Assembly (NCBI GenBank): GCA_015065005.1
Contig: SVRE01000005.1
Coordinates: forward strand, 899-64,898
Length of the DNA stretch: 64,000 nt
Origin: Oscillospiraceae bacterium
GTDB taxonomy: Bacteria > Bacillota > Clostridia > Oscillospirales > CAG-272
Direction: 5' to 3'
In this document: piece after piece, positions 49,567-57,903 of the stretch
Position numbering within the stretch: position 1 is the stretch's first letter
Layout of the letters: the number at the start of each line of letters is the position of its first letter
Translations under genes and position numbers: made by a program
Notes under the pieces: model-generated
Seen by the model: the letters and a program-made list of their open reading frames with translations, nothing else
Database searches by the model: none
Told to the model about the DNA's origin: nothing

Positions 49567-50322
49567 TCAGCATTTGCAAATAGGAATAAGCATGCCATGC
49601 GGTAAAACCTTTGCCAAGACCCTGTACACCTTAAACAAAGCTCTCGGGGTATATACAGCCTTGCCGTTTTTTGCAGCATTAATTGCTTTTCTTGCAACTA
49701 ATGATGGCTTAGTGGTAGGTAAGGTGTCAAACATTTTTGAAACTCCCTTGTCAATTCCCGCCACCTCTAAAAATTCAGTAGCCATAGGGCCGGGACAAAC
49801 AGCTGTTACATTGATTTTTCTTTTCTTCAGCTCTTGTCTTAATCCTCGCGAAAAGCTCATAACATAAGCCTTTGTTGATGAATATACAGTTAAATTAGCA
49901 TTTGGAACAAAGGAAGCAATAGAACAGGTGTTAATAATGTAGCTTTTTTCGTTCATATGCTTTAGTGCAACGGCGGTGATTTCCGTAAGCGCACGAACGT
50001 TCAAATCAACCATAGCGCCCTGTGCTTCAAAATCAGAGTCAATAACAGCTCCGAATATTCCAAAGCCTGCATTGTTTACAAGAAATTTCACACAAGGGGC
50101 TTCCTCATCTAACATTTTTTGAAGCTTCAGAATGCTTTCTTGAACAGTTAAGTCCATAGGAACGATGCGGGTTTTGATTTTTCCGAACTTCTCACTGTTT
50201 TCGCGTAGCTTTTCCTCACGCCTTGCAATTACCCAAATTTCATCAAGGCCTTCTTTTTGAATTTCCTTGTAAAACTCAACGCCAAGACCACTTGATGCGC
50301 CTGTAATAATGGCAATATTCAT
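49567..50322 (-). CDS. Short-chain dehydrogenase/reductase
   Basis: TGASSGLG, LVNNAGFG, YSSTK and CPGP. Confidence 0.92.
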   Translation of the reverse strand: MNIAIITGASSGLGVEFYKEIQKEGLDEIWVIARREEKLRENSEKFGKIKTRIVPMDLTVQESILKLQKMLDEEAPCVKFLVNNAGFGIFGAVIDSDFEAQGAMVDLNVRALTEITAVALKHMNEKSYIINTCSIASFVPNANLTVYSSTKAYVMSFSRGLRQELKKRKINVTAVCPGPMATEFLEVAGIDKGVSKMFDTLPTTKPSLVARKAINAAKNGKAVYTPRALFKVYRVLAKVLPHGMLIPICKC

Positions 50323-50331
50323 AAAATCTCC

Positions 50332-51105
50332 TTAGAAATTAATGTTTTTTAAGAATGTGCAAGCGCACTCAGACCAAATTCCAATGTCGTTTCTATCATA
50401 TGCTAAGCCTAAGCCGTGACAGCCGTTTGGAAAAATGTGCATTTCAAAATAAACCTTGTTTTTAGCCAAAGCAGCTGCAAGCTCTAAGGAGTTTTTAATA
50501 GGTACGGCTTCATCATTTGCAGTATGCCAAATGAAGCAAGGTGGAGTATTCTCATCTATATGCTTTTCATTAGAAAACAGCTCTGCAAGCTCCTCGTTTT
50601 CCCATTCATCAGACAGTAAATTCTGTCTTGAGCCTATGTGTGTAAAGGATTTGTCCATTGTAACAACAGGGTAGCAAGGGATAAAAGCATCAGGGCGTGC
50701 GCTTAAATTATCTATTTCGTCAGCTTTCTCATAAGCTTCAAAATTATACATAGTAGCGCTGGTGCAGGTAAGATGTCCGCCGGCGGAAAAACCGCAAACA
50801 GCAATCTTTTCATACCCCATACTGCGCACAAGCCTTATTGCACGCTGTACATCACTTAAAGGGGCATACTTGTGGCAAGGAGCAACGTTATAATCAAGAG
50901 TGAATGCGTTGATGCCGTGCTTGTTAAACATTTCTGCAATCGGCTCACGTTCGTGGTCGGCTTTGCAGCCGTATCCGCCACCTGGGCAAACAATCACAGC
51001 GGTCTTTTTATCGTTAACCTTGAATTCAGTTACGGAAGGACGGAACTGGTTGTTAGTAAATTCAATGTAAGGGGGATTTTCCCACAGCATAGTTTTTGTG
51101 TTCAT
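50332..51105 (-). CDS. Alpha/beta hydrolase (esterase-like)
   Basis: CPGGGY, GFSAGGHL, PPCFIWHTAND and HGLGL; start MNTKTML after GAGGT. Confidence 0.88.
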   Translation of the reverse strand: MNTKTMLWENPPYIEFTNNQFRPSVTEFKVNDKKTAVIVCPGGGYGCKADHEREPIAEMFNKHGINAFTLDYNVAPCHKYAPLSDVQRAIRLVRSMGYEKIAVCGFSAGGHLTCTSATMYNFEAYEKADEIDNLSARPDAFIPCYPVVTMDKSFTHIGSRQNLLSDEWENEELAELFSNEKHIDENTPPCFIWHTANDEAVPIKNSLELAAALAKNKVYFEMHIFPNGCHGLGLAYDRNDIGIWSECACTFLKNINF

Positions 51106-51287
51106 ATTACACCTCGAAAAATTAAATTGTACGGACAAGCCATACTTTACTAACAGTATAACACTTTTATAATAATGTGTCAACAAAAAACATTGTGGGA
51201 AAATTCAAGAAAAAATCTTTGGAAAAATAAAAAACACTATTGACAAACAAAATTTTGTGTGATAATATATATAGGCATTAAAAATGC

Positions 51288-51363
51288 GCCCTTGTAGCTC
51301 AGAAGGTAGAGCACTTGACTTTTAATCAAGGTGTCCGGAGTTCGAATCTCCGCAAGAGCACCA
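51288..51363 (+). tRNA. tRNA-Lys (TTT)
   Basis: TAGCTCAGAAGGTAGAGC D-arm, CTTGA-CTTTTAA-TCAAG anticodon arm, GTTCGAATC and ACCA; TTGACA promoter at 51240. Confidence 0.94.
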
Positions 51364-51365
51364 AA

Positions 51366-51397
51366 AAAGCCCGTAAACGCTTGCGTTACGGGCTTTT
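51366..51397. terminator. Bidirectional terminator
   Basis: AAAGCCCGTAA...TTACGGGCTTTT. Confidence 0.75.
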
Positions 51398-51400
51398 GAT

Positions 51401-51904
51401 TTATTTGTCTTCGGTAAATTGAAAGAACAGGTCAAAATAATCATCCCTGACTCCAATAGCGAAAAACAAGTCAGACTCTTCGATTTCGAGGGTTGGCTCT
51501 AATTCTCCGGTTTCAAATTTATTCCATTCGCTTGAATACAAGTCACTAAACTCAATAAAATATCTTTCGTTTTTCTTAGTTACAGTCCATTGAATGTTAT
51601 CAATAGAAAAGCCATCGGCTGATTTGTTAATATTAGATGGAGTGTATTTGTATTCAAAGGAGCAGGTGCCATCATCGTCAAAAGTAAATGTATACTTGGA
51701 AATGCCAATTGTGTTAAATGGAGAACTAATACTTTTGTGAGTAGCATGTGCGGATAGGACAGACCCACTTATCATATCCTCATAATACTGAACTTTTTCT
51801 TTAACCTCTTGTTTGTAGTTAATGACACATATAGATGTTCCTATGACAACAGCAGCTAGAACTAATAGAGCTATCATTATCTTAGAGTCTTTTCTTTTGT
51901 CCAT
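51401..51904 (-). CDS. Hypothetical membrane-anchored protein
   Basis: RBS AAGGAG, one N-terminal TM and an aromatic/beta-rich remainder; no recognisable family. Confidence 0.7.
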   Translation of the reverse strand: MDKRKDSKIMIALLVLAAVVIGTSICVINYKQEVKEKVQYYEDMISGSVLSAHATHKSISSPFNTIGISKYTFTFDDDGTCSFEYKYTPSNINKSADGFSIDNIQWTVTKKNERYFIEFSDLYSSEWNKFETGELEPTLEIEESDLFFAIGVRDDYFDLFFQFTEDK

Positions 51905-52174
51905 AATCTAAACTCTCCTTGAAAATTAAAATGTCTTTACAATTATACAACTTTTTTTGATTTGTGTCAAGAAATAATTTGCTTTTAGAACTGTAACATA
52001 GTACATTGTCAAAATGTGAACCTCTTGCCGTTAAAGCATACATAAATATTTTATATTATTATCAAAAAATCGTTTTAGCAACTTGACAAATTTTCCTTAA
52101 TATGTTATATTATTATTGTGATAAATTAACAAATTATGCTTTTTAGGCGAATTTGTGTTTCAGGAGGAAAACAA

Positions 52175-55126
52175 ATGAAAAAAATTTTAGCAGTAACACT
52201 CGCAGTATTGATGCTTTTGCCGGTATTTGCAAGTCTTGTTAATGCGGAGATGACAATACCTGAAGGGGTTAAGTCGGAAAACATTGCAAGCGATGCAAAA
52301 ATTGAAATAATTGATACTAATAGTCTTGGTATTGATGTCGGTAGCACTGTTGACGTTAGCAAGGTGGTTGACGGTGATAAGAGCACAGGTACTAACTCTC
52401 CTTTGGGTGAGTACTATTCATATGTTCTCAGCTATGATGAAGCTCATATCTTTACAGATATCGTTGTTGCTTGTAACGGTAAGGGCACACTTGCAAGCGG
52501 CAAAACAGTTGATAAGGATACCTTCAACATAAAGAAAATCATTGTTAAGGTTTACTACGGTGAGGAAACTACATTTGAAAGCGAGATTTTGGATGTTTCC
52601 AAGCTTTCAGAAATAAAGGTTAGCGCTAATGCAAAGGGCGACAAGGTGGAAATCTACAAGATTTCCGGTAATGGCGGCAGAAATGAGTATATGTGGGAAA
52701 TCGAAACATATGCTCCTGATATAGAGGTTTGTAGCGCACAGGTTGAAAACGTAGCATCTGAGGCTGTTTTCTCAGCAACAGGTGCAAACGCTAACTATTG
52801 GTGGGCAATGAACTACAAGATGTGGACAGACGGTGACCCTCTTACAGGCTCCCGTTCTCCAAAGGGCAGAAACTATTCTGTATGGATGCACTTCTCCCAG
52901 GAATATTTGTTCTCACAGATCGATATTGTATGTAATACCGATGGCGGTGCGAGGTTAATTGCAGCTAACGGTACTATAGATGAAATCAAGGACCCATATT
53001 ACGGTAACGGTATGATGAGAGTTCTTGTTTATAATAAGAATGAAGACCTTGTATGGGACTCTGACTTGATTGATACATCAACAGTTACAACTCTTTCCGT
53101 AGCACCGTATGTTGAGGGTGCGATTATCGAAATCCGTTTCTTCAACGGTAACTTCGGCGGTGGCGAATATATTTATGAGGTTAGTACATATGCTCAAAGC
53201 GGTAGCCACGTATTTACTCAGCTTTCCGAGGAAAACCCTACCTGCTTGGTTCCCGGCTTTAGAGAGCTTGCTTGTCACTGCGGCAAGGTAATTAAGCAAA
53301 GCATTCCTGCAACAGGCTTCCATAAGTGGGATGACGGTGTTGTTACTAAGGGCGCGTCCGACACATCAAACGGCGTTTTAACAGTTACCTGTCCGGTCTG
53401 TGAAAGCACAAAGCTTTATGATGTTGCGGCAACCGGACATACCTGGGATAAGGGTGTGGTTGTTCCGCCAACATGTGATGTTGAGGGCTATACACTCTAT
53501 ACGTGTAACTGTGAAGGCGGTCACGTTGATGCGGAGGGAAATGCGTACAACCTAACTTATAAGGGTAACCCAACAGAGGCACTTGTTCATAAATGGGATG
53601 ACGGTACCGTTACCAAGCTTCCTTCAATTTCAGAAGAGGGTGTAATTACTTATAAATGCTCTGTTTGTAACGGTGAAAAGTTTGGCAGAATCAGAAAGCA
53701 CAAATATACCGACAGTACAGAGAGCTTCTCTGCAAGCAATATTGTTAATTATGATATAGTGATAAACACAGAAGATTCACTTTATAATAAGGACTCCTAT
53801 GAATTAGAGGTTGCAGGCGGCATCCTCCCTGAAAAGCTCTTTGACGGTGATATGGGATCCTGGTGGTTTGCACCTGCGGGTTCATATTTCGTGGCAAATC
53901 TTGATAGAGAATATGTATTTACAACAGGCTTGTTCTTTATGTCATCCAACTGGAGCTCTGCTAAAATCGAGTTCTATAATTTGAATCCTGACTTTGATCC
54001 AACTAAGGATGAAAGCGAAGAAAATCCTTTGTATGTATTAACAGGTGAATTCGGCTCAGGTAACATTAATGACGGTTGTGACACAGCTAACCCATCCGAG
54101 TGCGATATGTATGATGCACTTAAGGAGGGTGTAAGAGCACGTAAGATAAAGGTTACTACAATCGGTGCAAAGTGGCCAAACGGTAACGCAGCAAAGCTTC
54201 AGGAATTAAGGCTTGTTGTTCACAAGTGTGAAATTTCTCCGGTTGACTATATTCTTGAAGGTCCTGACTATGTTGCTCCTGACTGTGGAACAGACGGTAG
54301 CTGCCTTGCAAATTGCCAGGTGTGCGGTCGTGTAAACGAAGTAGTAATTAAGGCTGGTCCTGATGTTGGTCATAGCTATGATGATGTAATTGCTGATACA
54401 CTTCCTACATGTGTAGATAACGGTGTCGGTCATGCAGTATGTACAAAGTGTAATGCCACAGTATCTGGTATTACAATCCCTGCAACAGGCGAACATAAAT
54501 ATACAGTTGATAGGGAATTGGTATCTGCAAAGTGTGACTTTGCAGGTGTTGGTCAAATCGTTTGTGAGGTTTGCGAAAGAGTAAGCTCCAGCTACGAAAT
54601 TGCACCTACAGGTAAGCACGAGTATGAATGGACAACCAAGTCACAGGCGGCATATACAGCTGTTGGTAAAACAGAATATTGCTGTATTTACTGTGATAGC
54701 CTTGATCCTGATACAAAAGAGAATGTAAAGGTTGCAGAAAAGCTTGAAATTCCTAAAGATATCCTTACATTCGTTGGTGCAAGCGCTACCTCTGATGCTG
54801 AAAACGGTAATGTTTTGTCCTTCACATATAAGATTAATCTTGAAGATGTAGCAGAAATTGAAAAGACCTGCGATATCAGAGTAATCTCAACAATCAAGGA
54901 TGCACAGGGTAGAGAGGCTTCTATTGAATCCTACGGTAAGTATGCTGTTGAGGGTGCATTTAATGCTGAAACAGGCGAGCTTACAGTTAAGATTTATCCA
55001 AAAGCATCAAGCGATGAGTTTGAAATTAATACCTGCATCAGAGTTATGAACTTCAGAGGTATTGTTTATATGTACTTCCCAATGGGTGAGTATGGAACAA
55101 AGCTTTCTATGGATGCAGCAAAATAA
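52175..55126 (+). CDS. Large secreted protein with about 3 discoidin/CBM32-like domains and Cys/His-rich repeats
   Basis: Signal peptide; VVDGDKST, WTDGDPLT and LFDGDMGSWW units ending in EIETY/EVSTY/ELRL; repeated H.WD.G.VT..PTC...G....C..C modules. Confidence 0.75.
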   Translation: MKKILAVTLAVLMLLPVFASLVNAEMTIPEGVKSENIASDAKIEIIDTNSLGIDVGSTVDVSKVVDGDKSTGTNSPLGEYYSYVLSYDEAHIFTDIVVACNGKGTLASGKTVDKDTFNIKKIIVKVYYGEETTFESEILDVSKLSEIKVSANAKGDKVEIYKISGNGGRNEYMWEIETYAPDIEVCSAQVENVASEAVFSATGANANYWWAMNYKMWTDGDPLTGSRSPKGRNYSVWMHFSQEYLFSQIDIVCNTDGGARLIAANGTIDEIKDPYYGNGMMRVLVYNKNEDLVWDSDLIDTSTVTTLSVAPYVEGAIIEIRFFNGNFGGGEYIYEVSTYAQSGSHVFTQLSEENPTCLVPGFRELACHCGKVIKQSIPATGFHKWDDGVVTKGASDTSNGVLTVTCPVCESTKLYDVAATGHTWDKGVVVPPTCDVEGYTLYTCNCEGGHVDAEGNAYNLTYKGNPTEALVHKWDDGTVTKLPSISEEGVITYKCSVCNGEKFGRIRKHKYTDSTESFSASNIVNYDIVINTEDSLYNKDSYELEVAGGILPEKLFDGDMGSWWFAPAGSYFVANLDREYVFTTGLFFMSSNWSSAKIEFYNLNPDFDPTKDESEENPLYVLTGEFGSGNINDGCDTANPSECDMYDALKEGVRARKIKVTTIGAKWPNGNAAKLQELRLVVHKCEISPVDYILEGPDYVAPDCGTDGSCLANCQVCGRVNEVVIKAGPDVGHSYDDVIADTLPTCVDNGVGHAVCTKCNATVSGITIPATGEHKYTVDRELVSAKCDFAGVGQIVCEVCERVSSSYEIAPTGKHEYEWTTKSQAAYTAVGKTEYCCIYCDSLDPDTKENVKVAEKLEIPKDILTFVGASATSDAENGNVLSFTYKINLEDVAEIEKTCDIRVISTIKDAQGREASIESYGKYAVEGAFNAETGELTVKIYPKASSDEFEINTCIRVMNFRGIVYMYFPMGEYGTKLSMDAAK

Positions 55127-55136
55127 TTAAAAATAT

Positions 55137-55166
55137 GCACCGTAGCGTTTGCTACGGTGCTGTTTT
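55137..55166 (+). terminator. Intrinsic terminator
   Basis: GCACCGTAGC-gttt-GCTACGGTGC followed by TGTTTT. Confidence 0.75.
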
Positions 55167-55315
55167 ATTAACAACTGTTTTTGTGCGCTTAGTATAATTT
55201 CAGATAGGTGACTGCCAATTGCCGAAAGCCGTATTCTTTGAAAAAATTCTACATTATATATTATATAGTACTTTCAAAAGCTTTATATCGGTGGAAAACA
55301 AAAAGTCTTGAAAAA

Positions 55316-55356
55316 TAATATGCCCCCAAAAGTTAGACACTTTTGGGGGCATATTA
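55316..55356. repeat. Long palindrome resembling fused IS3/IS150-type terminal repeats
   Basis: TAATATGCCCCCAAAAGT-TAGAC-ACTTTTGGGGGCATATTA. Confidence 0.45.
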
Positions 55357-55373
55357 AAACCCGAAGGCTTACA

Positions 55374-55814
55374 TTAATTTAAAAACTTTCCTGACTCTCT
55401 TTGCGCCATTTCATCACATCTTTCGTTGTATGGATGACCCGCGTGGCCCTTTACCCAAACATAGGTTATTTGGTGCTTTTTGATTTCTTCAAGCAAAATT
55501 TCCCAAAGGTCGGGGTTTAGCGCAGGACTTTTATCCGCTTTTCTCCAGCCCTTTGCCTTCCAGGACTCAGCCCAACCGTTAGTAATGGCATCAAGCACGT
55601 ATTTTGAGTCGGAGGTAAGGGTAATCTCACAGCTCTCTTTAAGCGCCTGTAAAGCTTTTATAACGGCGGTTAATTCCATTCTGTTGTTGGTGGTTTCACA
55701 CTCTCCGCCGCATAACTCCTTTTCAACACCCTTGTAAACAAGAATTGCCCCCCATCCACCGGGCCCCGGGTTATACCTGCAAGAACCGTCTGTATATATA
55801 TCAATATGCTTCAT
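55374..55814 (-). CDS. rnhA: Ribonuclease HI
   Basis: IYTDGSC..NPGPGGWG, TTNNRMEL, DSKY, N.DLW and WVKGHAGH..NERCD. Confidence 0.96.
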   Translation of the reverse strand: MKHIDIYTDGSCRYNPGPGGWGAILVYKGVEKELCGGECETTNNRMELTAVIKALQALKESCEITLTSDSKYVLDAITNGWAESWKAKGWRKADKSPALNPDLWEILLEEIKKHQITYVWVKGHAGHPYNERCDEMAQRESGKFLN

Positions 55815-55956
55815 AAAACACCTCATAAAATCATTTCCTGATAATTTTACCATATAATAATATTTAAATCAATAATTTTCAAAAAAAATATAAAAACTTA
55901 TTGACAAGTAAATAATTGTGTGATAAAATATCGCAGAACAGGTATGCAAATACCTG

Positions 55957-56010
55957 CTTCCTGCCGACAGTAAATCTTTAAATTGTCGGTCGCAAGTCCA
56001 TAGGGAGGTG
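55957..56010 (+). ncRNA. Putative bS6:bS18 autoregulatory leader
   Basis: CTTCCTG-CCGACA...TGTCGG-TCGCAAGTCC-ATAGGGAGG stem pairing into the rpsF RBS; expected genomic position. Confidence 0.6.
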
Positions 56011-56017
56011 TAAAAAG

Positions 56018-56338
56018 ATGGAAAAGATTCTCAACTCTTATGAAACTTTGTTCGTTGTTGACTGTGCAAACGGTGAGGATGCAGTAAAGGCAACAGTTGA
56101 AAAGTTCACAGCATTAATTGCAGAGAATGGTACTATCGATAATGTTGATGAGTGGGGCAAGCGTAGACTCGCATACCCAATCAATGACCAGCACGATGGT
56201 TACTATGTTCTTGTAAACTTCAAGAGTGAAGGTGAATTCCCGGCTGAGCTTGAGCGTTTGTTCGGTATCAACGAAAGCATTCTTCGTTCAATCGTAATTC
56301 GTCTTGTTGAAGACAAGAAGACAAAGAAGGAAGCGTAA
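56018..56338 (+). CDS. rpsF: 30S ribosomal protein S6
   Basis: YETLFVV, WGKRRLAYPI and ILRSIV. Confidence 0.96.
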   Translation: MEKILNSYETLFVVDCANGEDAVKATVEKFTALIAENGTIDNVDEWGKRRLAYPINDQHDGYYVLVNFKSEGEFPAELERLFGINESILRSIVIRLVEDKKTKKEA

Positions 56339-56356
56339 GCTTCAAGGAGGGTCAAA

Positions 56357-56779
56357 ATGGCAAACTTTAATCTAAATAAGGTGATTTTAGGCGGCAGATT
56401 AACTGCTGATCCTGAACTTAAGCAGACCCCACAAGGCGTATCTGTTACGTCCTTTTCAATCGCGGTTAACCGTAGAGGTAAGGATGCCCAAACAGATTTT
56501 ATTAGCTGTGTTGCTTGGAGACAAACAGCAGATTTCATTTGCAGATTTTTCAAAAAGGGTAGCTCAATCTGCATTTCAGGCTCTGTTCAGACAAGAACCT
56601 GGAATGACCAGCAGAACAATAAGCGTTATGCAACAGAGATAGTTGCTGATGAGGCTTATTTTGTAGATGCTAAGGCTGATGCTCCTTCAGGCTCATTTGG
56701 TGCGGATGCTCCTGCATTCCAGACACAGGAGAGCGCAAGATTTGAAGAGGTTGCAAGCGATGACGATTTGCCATTCTAA
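56357..56779 (+). CDS. ssb: Single-stranded DNA-binding protein
   Basis: NKVILGGRLTADPELK, FSIAVNR and C-terminal DDDLPF. Confidence 0.96.
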   Translation: MANFNLNKVILGGRLTADPELKQTPQGVSVTSFSIAVNRRGKDAQTDFISCVAWRQTADFICRFFKKGSSICISGSVQTRTWNDQQNNKRYATEIVADEAYFVDAKADAPSGSFGADAPAFQTQESARFEEVASDDDLPF

Positions 56780-56818
56780 TTAAGAAATGGTAACAAATTT
56801 TATAGGAGGATAATACAA

Positions 56819-57088
56819 ATGGATAACAACGTTGTTGAAAAAGAACAGGTTGCTCAGCGTCCTGCACGTCAGGTAATGCGCAAGAAGAAGAAGGTTTGCG
56901 CATTCTGCGCTGACAAGGTTGGTCACATTGATTATAAAGATACAGCTCGTTTGAGAAAGTATGTAACTGAGCGTGCAAAGATTCTTCCAAGAAGAATTAC
57001 AGGCACATGTGCTCATCACCAGGGCGAGCTTACAAAGGCAATTAAGAGAGCACGCTTTATGGCTCTTATGCCTTACATTGATGACTAA
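56819..57088 (+). CDS. rpsR: 30S ribosomal protein S18 (Zn-binding form)
   Basis: [28 protein letters not shown] and IKRAR. Confidence 0.97.
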   Translation: MDNNVVEKEQVAQRPARQVMRKKKKVCAFCADKVGHIDYKDTARLRKYVTERAKILPRRITGTCAHHQGELTKAIKRARFMALMPYIDD

Positions 57089-57101
57089 TTTTTAGTTAAA
57101 T

Positions 57102-57131
57102 AAAAAAGTGCTTCGTAGGAAGCACTTTTTT
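57102..57131. terminator. Terminator after rpsR
   Basis: AAAAAAGTGCTTC-gtag-GAAGCACTTTTTT. Confidence 0.8.
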
Positions 57132-57232
57132 GTTGCTTTATAAAGCAGAGAACAGTATAAAATTTAGTGATCATTAGAATAACTGTAAAAAATAACAAGC
57201 TGTGCGGGTTAAACACAGCTTGTCTGATTGGC

Positions 57233-57496
57233 TTACGCCATCTTGTTATACATAAGTGTGAACTGGCTCTTCTTGTGTGCAGCGTTGTTCTTGTGGAGAA
57301 TACCCTGGCTTACAGCCTTGTCAACTCTCTTCACAGCAGCTACATAAGCAACTTGAGCAGCTTCCTTGTCACCGGCCTCAACAGCAGACTTGAACTTCTT
57401 AATAGCTGTATTAAGCTGTGACTTTAGCATCTTGTTACGAAGGGTCTTAGTAGCGATAACCTTAACTCTCTTCTTAGCAGATTTGATATTTGGCAT
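57233..57496 (-). CDS. rpsT: 30S ribosomal protein S20
   Basis: MPNIKSAKKRV, DKAVSQGILHKNNAA. Confidence 0.97.
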   Translation of the reverse strand: MPNIKSAKKRVKVIATKTLRNKMLKSQLNTAIKKFKSAVEAGDKEAAQVAYVAAVKRVDKAVSQGILHKNNAAHKKSQFTLMYNKMA

Positions 57497-57903
57497 GAGA
57501 AATTCCTCCTTATAAATATTATCATCCGACAGATGCTATCCGTCGCCTGAGAGGGTGCTCCGAATATAGCCTGTTCGTACAGTTACATATAATAACACAT
57601 CTTAATTAAAAAATCAATACCTTTTCAAAAAAATCTGAAAATATTTTTATAACTAAAATTAGTGAATACGGTTAGATCGTTAAAAGCATATAAAAGCAAG
57701 CAAAAACGGTTCATAAAAAATTTACATATTAAAAAATTGTAAAATTTCAATAGATAAATTGTAAATTATTTTAAAAATTTTGATTTATTTTTTTAAAGCT
57801 ATTGACTTTAAATGGAAAAGGTGCTAAAATTACGAACTGCATAATATTTTCTAAAATAATCTTTTATATATTATATAAAAGGGAATTGGAGTGATTAAAG
57901 TCT

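Noticed and set aside
51364-52100. Integrated prophage or island at tRNA-Lys
   Set aside because: No integrase, no phage genes and no duplicated tRNA 3' end found in the window.
57520-57580. Glycine riboswitch (CTCTCAGG motif on the minus strand)
   Set aside because: Lacks the GGAGA and CCGAAG elements, and the downstream gene (rpsT) does not fit.
57600-57900. Replication origin in the AT-rich rpsT-rpoB spacer
   Set aside because: No DnaA boxes (TTATCCACA) recognised; the AT richness is explained by divergent promoters (e.g. TTGACT-17-TAAAAT at 57802).
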